A DNA stretch of 61,197 bases, filler included. It is 4 parts of 4 records of this genome, joined end to end, with 100 filler letters (N's around TTAATTAATTAA, not from the genome) between each part and the next. Parts side by side here need not be neighbours in the genome. Positions count along the whole stretch, not along the records: positions 47,244 to 55,865 come from DRR378314_1147; positions 55,966 to 61,197 come from DRR378314_1156; 2 more parts are not named here. One strand, written 5' to 3'. Shown here piece by piece: positions 49,651 through 61,168 of this stretch. The first letter of the stretch is position 1, and every line of letters begins with the position of its first letter. The notes under the pieces are model-generated. The model had not been told where the DNA came from and ran no database searches. It worked only from the letters and a program-made list of their open reading frames with translations. The translations under genes and the position numbers were made by a program.

Positions 49651-50839
49651 TAAAAATGTATCTACGCCACAACAAATTTGGACTGTGGCTAAATGGGAGT
49701 TCTTGCATTTTTTTAAGTTAAAGCAAGAAATTATTTCCAAGCTCATTATGTTGCTAATCGCGGTTATTATCTATTTTTTTGCTGCAAATGGAACCGACCT
49801 GAATAAACAGTACTCATTGGCGACTAATACAAAGCAACAACTTTTCGACCAATTAAACCCAAGGTTCAAGTTTAAATACGTTGAAGATATAAACTTAGTC
49901 GTTAAAGACTTAGATCAAAATGAATTTGATGGAGCGCTTAAATACGATGCCGCTGACAACACATTCACATTAATAACCTTTGAAAAAGAAGCATGGCAAA
50001 CGTCTTTAACCTCAAATATTAACGCTGCGTTACAACAACAACGATTCAACGCGCTGAATTTGACTCAACAGCAACAAGATAGTTTGGCCGAGAACATAAA
50101 TATTGAACATACAGTACTTAATGAGCTGTTAAAAAACCAAGCTGACAAAGGGCAAACTTACACAGCCTTTGGGGTATTGATCTTATTGTTTGTTGCTATG
50201 TTTGGCGTATTTGGTCAACTGTTTGTCAGTATTACAGGCGAGAAACAAAACCGCGTGACAGAGCAACTAATGGCGACAATGACGCCACAAACTTGGATTG
50301 ACGGCAAACTAACAGGTCAGATATTACTTGCCGTAAAGACTATGCTAGGCACACTTATATCAATTGTTCTTTCTATGCTATTTTTTACTGTAATAATAAA
50401 ACAACAACCTCTGAGCTTAAGTTTTGTTAATTGGTCAATGCTTCCGTGGTTTGTCGCGTTTGCGGTATTCGGCCTCGCTATTTGTGCTGCGTTTATGGCT
50501 GCCATTGCGGCAGGAATTGATGATCCAAACCACAGTAGTAAAAGTGCATTAATGATGCTGCCAATAGCGCCTATTGCCATTGCATTTTTCATTATGGACG
50601 AACCTAATGGCCTCATAAGTATTGTGCTAAGTTACCTGCCTTTCACGGCCTTTGCAGTGATGCCTGTAAGGATGTCACTTGTTGATTTACCTTTTTGGCA
50701 GCCACTTTTATCGTTATTACTTAGTGCGGGTTGTTTTTATTACTTACGCATATTTGCAGCGCGTATATTTAAAATGGGGATGAATATGTATGGTAAGGAG
50801 CCTAGCTTAAAAGCAATGTGGCGCGCTATTTTTAAATAA
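49640..50839 (+). CDS. ABC-2 type permease (NatB/YhaP-like)
   Basis: N-terminal TM, extracytoplasmic loop, EKQNRVTE..GK, PFTAFAVMPVR; overlaps the ATPase stop. Confidence 0.9.
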   Translation: MMTNKNVSTPQQIWTVAKWEFLHFFKLKQEIISKLIMLLIAVIIYFFAANGTDLNKQYSLATNTKQQLFDQLNPRFKFKYVEDINLVVKDLDQNEFDGALKYDAADNTFTLITFEKEAWQTSLTSNINAALQQQRFNALNLTQQQQDSLAENINIEHTVLNELLKNQADKGQTYTAFGVLILLFVAMFGVFGQLFVSITGEKQNRVTEQLMATMTPQTWIDGKLTGQILLAVKTMLGTLISIVLSMLFFTVIIKQQPLSLSFVNWSMLPWFVAFAVFGLAICAAFMAAIAAGIDDPNHSSKSALMMLPIAPIAIAFFIMDEPNGLISIVLSYLPFTAFAVMPVRMSLVDLPFWQPLLSLLLSAGCFYYLRIFAARIFKMGMNMYGKEPSLKAMWRAIFK

Positions 50840-50851
50840 TTAAAAGTGTTG

Positions 50852-50877
50852 AGGTAGGCTAGACTTTCAGCCTACCT
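50852..50877. terminator. hairpin between convergent genes
   Basis: AGGTAGGCT-AGACTTTC-AGCCTACCT. Confidence 0.6.
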
Positions 50878-50888
50878 GATGAATTTAA

Positions 50889-51446
50889 TTAGTGGTTAAT
50901 TGTTTTGCTATTAATATAATCTGTGAGTGCGAACAGCACACCAGAAACGACAAACGTGATATGAATAGCGACTTTCAAAATAAGCTCTTCACTCGAATAA
51001 GATGACGCGCTAATAAATACTTTCAATAATTCTACAGCAGATATAGCAACAATAGCGCTTATAAGTTTCATTTTCAGGCCTGAAAAACCAACCTTCCCCA
51101 TCCAAGCGGGTCTATCTTCATGATTATCGATATTAAGTTTCGATACAAAGTTTTCATAACCACTAAAAATAATTATGAGCAATAACCCACCTAGTAGCGC
51201 CGTATCGACTAGCGTTAAAATTCCGACTAATAGTTCTTCATTAGTGGCTGTAAACGTAGCAATGCCCATTAAATATAACTGTTTAAAAAATTTGATCAGT
51301 AATAAGATAACGGCAAATAATAGCCCAACAAAAAATGGGGCAAGTAACCAGCGGCCACGAAATATAAATGTTTCTAGTGCGAGCTCGGCTCTGCCTGCTA
51401 GTCGCTTGGGGTTTGTTGGGGTTTGATTGTCCATTTTGTTCATCAT
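50889..51446 (-). CDS. UPF0114/TIGR00645 (YqhA-like) membrane protein
   Basis: RWLLAPF, SGYENFVSK, WMGKV..SGLKMKL..AIVAIS..LLKVF. Confidence 0.92.
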   Translation of the reverse strand: MMNKMDNQTPTNPKRLAGRAELALETFIFRGRWLLAPFFVGLLFAVILLLIKFFKQLYLMGIATFTATNEELLVGILTLVDTALLGGLLLIIIFSGYENFVSKLNIDNHEDRPAWMGKVGFSGLKMKLISAIVAISAVELLKVFISASSYSSEELILKVAIHITFVVSGVLFALTDYINSKTINH

Positions 51447-51632
51447 TTTATAAAACGCTGACTTTAACTGAGTTTGTTATTTGATACAAACACTAGGGTG
51501 TTTTTCTTTTCGGTATAAATTTCATCTTAACGATAAAAATATTTCGTTTCCCTTTATAAGCGTTTCAATTAAGAATCACAGCACCCACTGAGCATTTCTC
51601 TTTGGCTAACAACTACTATTAGGAATGAACAC

Positions 51633-51875
51633 ATGAACAAAACAATGCTGACCCTTATTATTGCGCCACTTTTTAGCGTTGTTGCGACGTTTGCTGTCGC
51701 AGAAGACGCCGTTGATGCGCCTGAAGAAATAATCCAAGAATTCACAGAAATGTGTTTAGATTGGGCTAAAGATGACGACATCGGCGATGCACAGCTCAAG
51801 CCATACGTTTTAAAGTGCGTTAATGATGAATTAACAGCTGAAGGGTATAAAAAAGTGACTGACGTAAAAATTTAA
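51633..51875 (+). CDS. small secreted acidic hypothetical protein
   Basis: Signal peptide (…TFAVA), two Cys (MCLDWAKDD, KCVNDEL), followed by a terminator. Confidence 0.78.
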   Translation: MNKTMLTLIIAPLFSVVATFAVAEDAVDAPEEIIQEFTEMCLDWAKDDDIGDAQLKPYVLKCVNDELTAEGYKKVTDVKI

Positions 51876-51893
51876 TTAAATTCGCTTAATCAT

Positions 51894-51935
51894 AAAAAAC
51901 CGAGATTGCACAAGGGTGTGAATCTCGGTTTTTTT
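51894..51935. terminator. bidirectional terminator
   Basis: AAAAAACCGAGATT...AATCTCGGTTTTTTT. Confidence 0.85.
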
Positions 51936-51979
51936 ATTGCTCGCGTGTAATATTAATGAGCACCTTAGGTGCTCATATA

Positions 51980-54685
51980 TCACTCAGCGGCTTTTTTAGC
52001 TTTTGTAGTGGCCTTTTTTGGCGCTGCTTTTTTAGCGGCTGCTTTCTTTTTAGGTGCGGCTTTTTTCTTCGCCTCTTCAACCCACTTTCCAGCATTATAG
52101 TGTGCTGTCCAGCCCGTCGCCTTGCCTTCAACCTCTGTCATAACATACTGCTCTTTATTCTTACGGCTATAGCGTACAATCGCTAGGTTACCGTCAGGAT
52201 CTTTTGCAGGTGCATCAGCTAAATAATAGAACTTAGGCGAAATGCGATCACGAAAACGATGAAGTTCTTCAACTTTTGGTGCTCGCGTTTCACGTGATTT
52301 AGGGAATGTATTTGCAGCTAAGAAAATACCTGCTGCCCCATCGCGCAATACAAAATGAGCATCCGACTTTTCACATTCTAGCTCAGGTAACTGTACTGGG
52401 TCTTCTTTTGGCGGCGCAGCTTCACCATTACGTAATAATTTACGTGTGTTTTTACACTCATCATTACTACAACCAAAGTATTTACCAAAACGGCCCGATT
52501 TAAGCTGCATATCAGAACCACATTTATCGCATTCGATAATGGGTCCGTCATACCCTTTTATTTTAAAGGTGCCTTGCTCAATCACGTAACCTTTACAACC
52601 TGGATTATTACCACAGACATGTAATTTACGTGTTTCATCAATCAAGTATGAGTCCATTGCCGTTTCACAGATTGGGCAACGTTTCATCTGCATTAACGTT
52701 TCAGTTTCAACATCTTCTACATCAGCAGCAACCGCTTCATCACCTGATACTAAGTTCATAGTAGTGGTACAGCGCTCTTTTGGTGGCAGGTTGTAACCTG
52801 TACAGCCTAAGAACACGCCTGTAGAGGCTGTGCGAATACCCATTTTGCGTGCACATGTTGGGCAATCAATGTCTGTTTCGACCATTTCATTTTTACGCAT
52901 ACCACCGTCATCTTCTTCGCCGCTGGCGATAGATAGTTGGGTAGAAAAATCGGCGTAAAACTTATCTAAAACTTGGGTCCAAACACGCTCACCTTCAGCG
53001 ATATCATCTAAACGTCCTTCCATTTTTGCAGTAAAATCGAAGTTCATTAAATCGGTAAAGTTTTCAACTAGACGGTCGGTAACTATTTCACCCATTTTTT
53101 CAGCAAAGAAACGGCGGTTCTCAACACGAACGTAGCCGCGATCTTGTATTGTTGAAATGATAGACGCGTAAGTAGATGGGCGGCCAATTCCACGTTTTTC
53201 AAGCTCTTTAACTAAGCTAGCTTCACTGAAACGCGCAGGCGGCTTCGTAAAGTGTTGCTTAGGATCAAGTTCAATTAACGTAAGTATCTCACCTTCTTTA
53301 ACCGCAGGTAATGATTGATCTTCCTCATTCTTTTTACGAACTGCAGGTTGCACACGTGTCCAACCATCAAAGCGAAGTACTCGCCCTTTGGCCTTGAGAT
53401 GGAAATCATTCGCTGCAACAGTAAGCGTCGTCAAATCGTATTCTGCAGGCACCATTTGGCACGCCACAAATTGGCGCCAAATTAGTTCGTACAGTTTTTT
53501 CGCATCAGGGTCTACACCTTCAAGGTGACCAGACAATACTGTTACGCTAGATGGGCGAATAGCCTCATGCGCTTCTTGCGCGTTGCCTTTTGAGCTATAG
53601 TTGATTGGGTTTTCAGGTAAATATTTAGCACCGTATTGCTCAACCACATAATCACGACACATGCCTACAGCGTCTTTTGACAAGTTAGTCGAGTCAGTAC
53701 GCATGTAAGTAATATAACCGGCCTCATACAAGCGTTGAGCGAGCATCATGGTCTTTTTAACACCATAGCCTAAGCGTGTACTCGCTGCTTGTTGCATTGT
53801 AGAGGTTATAAATGGGGCGCTTGGTCTGCTTTTACTCGGCTTTTCATCAACACTAATAACTTTATATTCAGCGTTTTCTAAAGAGGCCACTGCCGCCATA
53901 GTTTGTGTTTCATTTACAGGCTTGAATGGTTTGTCACCCTGCTTAGCAACTTCAAGGCGTAAATTAGATTCTGCATTCTTTACATCTGCGTGGATATCCC
54001 AAAACTCTTCTGGGATAAATGCTTTTATTTCTCGCTCACGTTCAACTAATAAACGTACCGCAACAGATTGAACACGGCCCGCTGATAAACCACGAGCTAC
54101 TTTAGCCCATAATAGTGGCGACACCATAAAGCCCACAACGCGGTCTAAGAAGCGGCGCGCTTGTTGGGCGTAAACCATATCCGTGTTTAGCTCACCGGGT
54201 GTTTCAAACGCTTGTTGAATCGCATTTTTAGTGATTTCGTTAAATACAACGCGCTTATATTTTTCTGGCTCGCCACCAATAATCTGTTCGAGGTGCCATG
54301 CAATGGCTTCCCCTTCTCTATCCAAATCCGTTGCGAGATAGATTTGGTCAGCATTTTCAGCGAGTTTTTTGAGTTCTTGAACTACTTTTTCTTTACCTGG
54401 TAGCACTTCATAATGTGGCTCCCAACCTTTTTCAGGATCGATCCCCATTCGAGCAACTAGGTTAGTGTAATCACGCTGCTTTTTATAAGCTGCTTTATCT
54501 TCAGGAGACATTTTGCGCACTTCAGCTGGCGTTTTAGTTGGCGCTGTTTTGGTTTTGCCAGAACCTGAGGTAGGAAGATCTCGTACATGTCCAATTGAGG
54601 ACTTGACGATAAAATCGTTTCCTAAATATTTATTAATTGTTTTAGCCTTAGCAGGAGACTCTACAATTACTAGCGATTTGCCCAT
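51980..54685 (-). CDS. topA: DNA topoisomerase I
   Basis: [41 protein letters not shown] (catalytic Tyr), zinc ribbons, Lys/Ala tail. Confidence 0.99.
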   Translation of the reverse strand: MGKSLVIVESPAKAKTINKYLGNDFIVKSSIGHVRDLPTSGSGKTKTAPTKTPAEVRKMSPEDKAAYKKQRDYTNLVARMGIDPEKGWEPHYEVLPGKEKVVQELKKLAENADQIYLATDLDREGEAIAWHLEQIIGGEPEKYKRVVFNEITKNAIQQAFETPGELNTDMVYAQQARRFLDRVVGFMVSPLLWAKVARGLSAGRVQSVAVRLLVEREREIKAFIPEEFWDIHADVKNAESNLRLEVAKQGDKPFKPVNETQTMAAVASLENAEYKVISVDEKPSKSRPSAPFITSTMQQAASTRLGYGVKKTMMLAQRLYEAGYITYMRTDSTNLSKDAVGMCRDYVVEQYGAKYLPENPINYSSKGNAQEAHEAIRPSSVTVLSGHLEGVDPDAKKLYELIWRQFVACQMVPAEYDLTTLTVAANDFHLKAKGRVLRFDGWTRVQPAVRKKNEEDQSLPAVKEGEILTLIELDPKQHFTKPPARFSEASLVKELEKRGIGRPSTYASIISTIQDRGYVRVENRRFFAEKMGEIVTDRLVENFTDLMNFDFTAKMEGRLDDIAEGERVWTQVLDKFYADFSTQLSIASGEEDDGGMRKNEMVETDIDCPTCARKMGIRTASTGVFLGCTGYNLPPKERCTTTMNLVSGDEAVAADVEDVETETLMQMKRCPICETAMDSYLIDETRKLHVCGNNPGCKGYVIEQGTFKIKGYDGPIIECDKCGSDMQLKSGRFGKYFGCSNDECKNTRKLLRNGEAAPPKEDPVQLPELECEKSDAHFVLRDGAAGIFLAANTFPKSRETRAPKVEELHRFRDRISPKFYYLADAPAKDPDGNLAIVRYSRKNKEQYVMTEVEGKATGWTAHYNAGKWVEEAKKKAAPKKKAAAKKAAPKKATTKAKKAAE

Positions 54686-54890
54686 AGTTGCCTATTTCTA
54701 ACCAAGTATTTTAAATGTGTTTAGCCCATTTTGGGCGCGAATATTTATAGGTATATCTACAAACACCAATTGTTACAAGCTTTTAATAGAAACTTTTCTA
54801 CTTTTAATGATTAATTAAACAATTATTGTGTTTAATTTAGACAAAAGGATGTTTTTTAGTATTTGCAGAGGAATATATAGAATAGAAACA

Positions 54891-54918
54891 AAAATGCCAA
54901 CCGAAAGGTTGGCATTTT
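54891..54918 (-). terminator. intrinsic terminator
   Basis: AAAATGCCAACC-GAAA-GGTTGGCATTTT. Confidence 0.85.
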
Positions 54919-54944
54919 ATCAAAAAGGATAGGCTGCTATACGC

Positions 54945-55865
54945 CTAACCGGCATCTCTTATTGCTAATTGAGCAGTGGTTTCTACTTCTTTTGGCGTTG
55001 TAAACACAATAGATAAAAACCCACTTGTGCTTTTATTTGGCTCAGCCTCACGGCTGATTGATAAACCAATACCATGCGCTGCTGTTGCGGCACTCTCTAA
55101 CATAGCAAAGCCTGCTGAACCACTGTATTTACCATTATCAGTGCTAATTGCAACAGCAGTACCTGAAGGAATTGGGTTGTTATAACGGTCTGAGTAATAA
55201 AGAGCGAATGATAATGCTGCAAGCTCATTATTATCACTTGGTGTTAAGTCAATCGTTCCTAAATCGCAATAATCAGATTGCGCCGTAGGTTCTAAAGCAA
55301 CCACAAGCCCTGTTGAACTCTCGCCTGCAACACCATAAATAGAGTTACAACTTTCAATATCTAGCCCTAATTGAACCGCATTTGCAGTTAAAATAGTATT
55401 TCCATCGCCATCCAGTATTGGATTATTATCATCATCGAGCTCTATCTCAGTTAAGCGAGATGCAAACTGATTTCGAAGCTCCGTTTTTAATACCACAAAC
55501 CGGCTATAAACTTGGCTGCCAGACATAATAATTTCAAATGATTCACGTACATCAACAACATCTTTAGTACACAATGTTTCGAAAGTATCACCTGGTGATG
55601 GCGATGTTGCCGCTTCTGTGCACAGAAGGCCATTGTATTTACCGTCAGCCAATGTGTGCATGCCATTGAGGTCTATATCAAAATTTTCCTCAAATTGACC
55701 AGCGTTGGTATTTTCTGGGCTACATGGATCATTTGCATCCCCTTCCTGACAAAAGCGAGCATCTTGTTCAACTTCAGCTGTTATTGGGTTATAAATTGCA
55801 GCTAAACCGTCATATACACCATTTTCATTGTGATCAACAAATGCTTCAGCTAAGTCATAGCCGCT
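54945..55865 (-). CDS. C-terminal part of a large invasin/Ig-like surface protein, 5' truncated
   Basis: Frame is open from the contig end (SGYDLAEAFVDHNENGVYDG...DIDLNG...DGKYNGLLC) to the stop; SDRYNNPIPSGT and FTTPK motifs. Confidence 0.75.
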   Translation of the reverse strand, partial: SGYDLAEAFVDHNENGVYDGLAAIYNPITAEVEQDARFCQEGDANDPCSPENTNAGQFEENFDIDLNGMHTLADGKYNGLLCTEAATSPSPGDTFETLCTKDVVDVRESFEIIMSGSQVYSRFVVLKTELRNQFASRLTEIELDDDNNPILDGDGNTILTANAVQLGLDIESCNSIYGVAGESSTGLVVALEPTAQSDYCDLGTIDLTPSDNNELAALSFALYYSDRYNNPIPSGTAVAISTDNGKYSGSAGFAMLESAATAAHGIGLSISREAEPNKSTSGFLSIVFTTPKEVETTAQLAIRDAG

Positions 55866-55965
55866 NNNNNNNNNNNNNNNNNNNNNNNNNNNNNNNNNNN
55901 NNNNNNNNNTTAATTAATTAANNNNNNNNNNNNNNNNNNNNNNNNNNNNNNNNNNNNNNNNNNNN
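55866..55965. other. artificial contig spacer
   Basis: 44 N + TTAATTAATTAA + 44 N. Confidence 0.99.
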
Positions 55966-55966
55966 T

Positions 55967-58900
55967 TCCGGGAATCTCGTCGCTCGAGAGCTTGCTTCTC
56001 TCGCTCTGACGGCAAGGCGACCAAGGCCGCGCTCGAGCTGTGTGCGGCAGACAGCATCTGGTCCGTGTCATTCCGCGTCGACCTGTGCTCTGTCAGGCTT
56101 GTAAATTGTGATGAGGCACCCTGCCGTTTCAGCTCGGGGGTTCTTCTTTTGTGGCAGCGGTGCGCCTCTTTCCGGTTTCGATCGCGATTTTGCCTTGTCC
56201 TAGATTCGCACGATGTGGTGCGGACACCGCGGAGCTCCATGGGACTCTGCGTCATGATTTTCGAGCGCACTGCACAATGCAGGCGTTACGGGACACATCG
56301 ATGTATCGATTGCTAACACTACATTATTACCTTTCTTAGGGATGCGGCGTTTTCTTGTTACGATCGGGGGCTCACGGCCGGGAGGTCCTACATCTGCGCC
56401 CTTGTTCCTTCATGCGTTGCTGTGGGGAACCATCGCTACTGACAGCTCTCCCCGCTGCCGCCTTGCGTGAAGGCGCAGCACGTATCTGCATCCTTGTACA
56501 ATGTAACGTGGAGTAACGCTCTGGCTGCATTTCTTTCGTTGAATGCGTGTAATCTTGTCGGTGCATCTGAAGTGTCTCGCGTTTCTACTCGTCGTTCTGG
56601 AGACGGAGCGCCTGTACTCGAACCGGTTTCTGATGCGGCATATTGGTGGTATCGTTCGCGCTGTGAAGCGCGGGCTGGACGACAAGCTTCCCGAGGTGTG
56701 CAGTATCGGCAGCGAGTGCAAAGAATGGGTTTACCGCTTTTGCTTGTGTTGTTGCTGGGGCGCTCAGAAGTTGCGTTGCAAGATGCGCGCGATGGTGGCC
56801 GTGCGACCGCTGCCTCCGGGGGGTCTAGTCTACGGTGCAAGGCACGGAGACGCTGCAGCGTGGTGCTTGCGGATCTGCCTCGTTTTCTTTGCCCTCGCCT
56901 TTTGCAGCAACAGCACGGAACGTCTAACATAATCATGTCTGCGTGTGCTGGGTAACCAACATGATGACGCTGTGAAATGATAGGTTACCGACATCGCGCG
57001 CAGCGTTTTCCTTGCGCTCGAGCGTCGGTACAAGCACGAGGCAAACGGTATCTATACGTCGCTCGACTCCTTGGGAAAGCGAATGATCGAGCAGAGCCGT
57101 ATCGAGTACGAGGGTGCTTCTCGAAAGCGCGTACGTTATTCTCAAATACGTAGGAGTAAACAACGAGCCATAGTGGCCTTATGGGGCCACGTCAACGGCG
57201 GCGATTGTAGCGAATGCGATATGGCGAGGCCGCGGGGGCGCGTCTGCGCCCGCCTGGGGTTTGCCGGTCAGTTGCTCGAGGGTGCTTCAGTTCTGCTGCG
57301 TGCGCACCTGAGTGTGGATGAGGTGCGCCGAGTTTGTGTGTCGCTGTGCAATGCGACGATCGTTTCGTACATGCAATGGTTGTCTGGATGAGCAGCGGTG
57401 GGGTCGGGTGTTGGTGCGCGTGCTTGCAGCGCTGCTCGTTGCATCCGTGCTTGGAATATCGACCAGTGCACTCATTCCGTACTTCCCTGGGTGGCTGTCG
57501 GAGCACTGGCGAGGTACCCGGGTGCACCCGTTCGAGGATGCCGTTCATTGATTGACCTTTCGTGCACATGACGCGTGCTACTCTGCCGTTGCACCGTGCT
57601 TGTAGATGACGGAGAGTGTTTTGTACATTGAAGAAGACGGCGCGGGAGCGGTAGAGGGCTCTGGCGCCTCCGACTCGGCGGCCTCGCTTGGGCGGCAGCG
57701 CGGAGGACACGGCGGTGCGGAACGGGTACGACCAGAAAAGCGGCGGCCAGTGGATTTGCCGCCGCTGTTGTGCTGCTGCAACGCAATGTGCAAATGTAAA
57801 CCGCTATTGCTGCTTTGGTAAACCAGGAGAAGAGGGCTTGCTTGCACTTTGCTCCTCGGGAAGGAGGTCTCGCGGGAACGAAGCGTCTGCACGCGGTTTG
57901 TTCCGGGGTATGCTTGCGGGCGAAATCTCGTCTTTATTTGAACCGCTCATTTGTTGCGAACGTTTGACGGCGATTTGCGGAAGCCAAGGATGCTGCTGCA
58001 GTAGCGACGCATGCCCGCGTGCCGTCGGCAGTGTACAGCACGCGTATCCTGCCGCGGCGACGAGAGCGTGTGCGCTTTCCGCTGTACGAACTGCAAGAGT
58101 TCCGCCGCGCCAGATGTCGTGTTGAGTCACTGCGTCTACGGGCGCTTGTGTTTCTTTCACTGCGAGTGCAGGAAGGCTGCGGCTCGGCAGTGCTGCCGCA
58201 AGGCCACCGCGGACAGCGGCCTGCTCGCGTATCGTCGGCCGCGCACTCGTCGAGCGGAAGCAGTGCTGCCGTTGAAGCGCAAGTCTCGCCAACATCGACG
58301 GATACGGGCGTTGCCAGTGTTGTCGCGGCGAGCGGCACGACCGCGGAGGCGGCGGTCGTACAGCTGTATGTTGCAGACCCATGCTTGCGCGAGAGGTGGC
58401 GCGGGGTCTTTGTACGGTGTGCACAGGCGATGAGCTTGGTTCGTGTCGGGCCAGTGGTCCTTCTGAACAGCGAGAGAGCATCACGAAGCACGACCCGCCC
58501 AGCTAGTTGTACGAGCGCTGGCACATTGGAGAACCGCGGTGTGGGGTGTATGTGTGGGGCCCATCCTACTGGGATGGCTTGCTGCAGCCGTGCCCCCGCT
58601 GTCTTGCAAGCGAGCGCTTGGCGTGCTGAGCGCGCGCACTTTGTATGTGGTGTTCGGGCACCAGTGCTCAGGCCGCCATTTTGTTGACAAAGGTAGCGTG
58701 GCGCGAGCGGAGCGCTCGTGTGCTTGTATTCTCATGCTGACGCTGCGCTCGCTGTAATCGCCCTGTGCTCGTTTGCTGTGTCCAGCCTTGATCGGCTTGG
58801 GCTCCGTCGGTATGAGTCTGCGCTTGTGCAGAACGGATTCGATACGCTCGCGTGTCTTCGCCTGGTCGAGTTTGAGGACCTCGAGCAAATGGGCGTGAAA

Positions 58901-59047
58901 CGAGGGCACGCACGCCTGCTTCTTCGGGAGCTCGTCGCATCGTACGTGTGCGCCGATGTGCAGGCGGCGCACTGCAGCTGCGGCCACTCGCGTGTGCAGC
59001 CCCGTCTCCTCGGGATGCAATGGGCTGCGCTTCTCTCGCGCGGGTGA
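55967..59047 (+). CDS. eukaryotic spliced gene: CLASP/TOG-like HEAT repeats, linker, SAM domain (5' truncated)
   Basis: Proposed exons 55967-56060, 56340-56464, 56573-56695, 56984-57130, 57606-57725, 58172-58365, 58786-59047. Peptides CLAFLLVVLE..RHIGGIVRAVKRGLDDKLPE|VTDIARSVFLALE and VVQL|LDRLGLRRYESALVQNGFDTL..DLEQMGVKRGHAR. Confidence 0.6.
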
Positions 59048-59220
59048 TTGCTCCAACTCGAAACACGTGGCGCGTGCCCATTTTCTTTTACCTGTTCACA
59101 CAGTAGTGCAGAGTGAAACGCGGCGAATGCACGTGTTTGCAGTGTGGGGCGCAACTTCCATGCGGCATGTATGGAGAAGTATCAGCGCACATGCGCGCCC
59201 ACGGGGTATTTCTGTGCGAG

Positions 59221-61168
59221 CTACGAAGCGCTTTCGGGAGGGAACACTGCAGCAACGTCCCAGAGCCGGATCGAAGAATCGTCGGAGCCTGTGGCCAGCT
59301 TGTCGCCTGCGGGCGCAAAGCGTGCGGCATGCACTGGTCCGTGGTGCCCTGAAGGGTATCACAGCGCAACGCCCACGCATGTTTTGAGGGTGAGAAACCT
59401 GAAAGAAAAAAACACCGTACATACATGAGATTACGGGGAGAAAGGGCACGCCTTGCTGGGACTATTGCGAGTGTCTGACAGGCAGCGCATGGCGACTGGA
59501 ATGCATACGGACCTGGTAGCTCGTTGCACTCCTTTCCGGTCGTGAGGTCGAGAACATAGACACGCGAGTCGGCTGCCCCTCCCACCACGCAGGCATCTTC
59601 GTCTACAGAGCCGGGAGGACACGCATCGTTGTGCGCACGCGGTTTGTTCTTGATGAGAAATGCGAAGCTAATATAGGGTTAGCTCTGTTTCCTACGGTGT
59701 TCACGGCAGTGGAATCAGAGCAACGCTATGGCCGTAGAGGTCGAAATTCGGACAGCACGCGGCGCGCTCACCGCACAGCAGTGCAGGTTGTGTGCGGCCG
59801 AGGGTGGCGCGCGCCCGACACGGCCCCTGCCACTGCGCACAAGCGCAAGAGCCCGTGCTTTGCTGCAGCGTACCGCCTACGGGGTTTTTGCAAGCACAAT
59901 CCACATCACGGGCCGTGGTTATCTGTCTCCTAACGGCGTTGGCTGCCAGGTCGATCTCGACCACGTGTGTCTTGGCCGCCACCAGCAGCGTATTGCCGTC
60001 GGGTTGAATTTCGAGATCTGGCCACGAAGCGAGAACGTAGGACGATGGAGTGGTTAGTTTCGTTTCGGCAGATCCAGTTCATGAGCAGCAAGCACCGGCA
60101 TGGGGATGATGATGAAAGTACGTACGCAGCAGGGCATCGATACGAAAACAGAATTGCAATACGAAGGAAGAAAATAAAATAAACAAGATCAAGAACAAGA
60201 TCAAGAATTAAAAAACGGTGGTTCCACTAGCGTGTCGCCGCCACTTTGGCGGATATCGTGAGAACGACGAGCAGCACACCGGAAAATGTCTATTTTTTGC
60301 AGCGTGGCAACTGCCGAGCTTACCGCGAATTTCGTTCGGAATCTCGCAGGTCCGTGGCTGCTCGTTTGTCCGCGGATCCCACTGGCGAACAACCTGCAAC
60401 GTTGCGTATACACCACGGCGGAATCCGGTAATGTGAAGTGCGACAGCGTTGGCGATAGGCACACGTTTGCAAGCAGGATTCGGACCAGCTTGGTACTTTC
60501 GTTCCAGCGCAAATGCCGAGAAGGAGTCTACGAGGGGGAGGGGCACGGTTGCCTCCAAGGGACCAACGTGTAACCATTCCTAGCTAAAAAAATATTGGCG
60601 AGCGTCTGGCGGTCGATTGCATAGTGCGGGGCGACCGGGCGAGCCCATTGGTTGCATTGGTGGTCGAGCGCACAGGCATTCTATTCCGCACAAGCACGCA
60701 AGGGACTGCGAAACGAACCTTGTCCACGCCTCCTGTAATAAGCTGGTTGGGCGTCGGCCAGAGAGCCTTCCGGACCTGAACTTGTGAAGTGCCACTCATT
60801 TGCTGCGAGGAAGATGTAGACCTCATCTCACTCTCTTCAGCATCTGCGTGGGTGCGCCGTCATGCACAAGGCGTGCGGGACGATTCAGCCGGATCGGCGC
60901 TGCGCGCCCGCAGCGGCACAAAACACAAGTGCGATGCAAGCCACACCCTGTGCCCACCGGGCACGCGACAGGCGGAAGGCATGCCTTATATCGCATGGAG
61001 ACCTTGAGAAAAGCACGCACCTGCCGAGCGCTCGAGCGACCACAGGCGGAGGACCTTGTCGTCCCCTCCCGTGCAGAGACGGCCGCCCTCCGGGTCGAAC
61101 ACGGCGGCGCGCACCACACGCGTGTGCTCGAGAGTAAGCAGCGACTTTCCCGTGATCGCATCCCACAC
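59221..61168 (-). CDS. STRAP: eukaryotic spliced gene: STRAP/UNRIP-like WD40 protein (5' truncated)
   Basis: Six phase-consistent exons (61168-61021, 60843-60719, 60393-60324, 60017-59874, 59602-59513, 59348-59221) with GT-AG introns. VWDAITG..HTRVVR, VRKALW, GHHGPVHAARFAPAGDKLATGSDDSSIRLW. Confidence 0.85.

Noticed and set aside
60172..60212. AACAAGATCAAG tandem duplication
   Set aside because: Two copies inside a STRAP intron; simple low-complexity sequence, not CRISPR or telomere.
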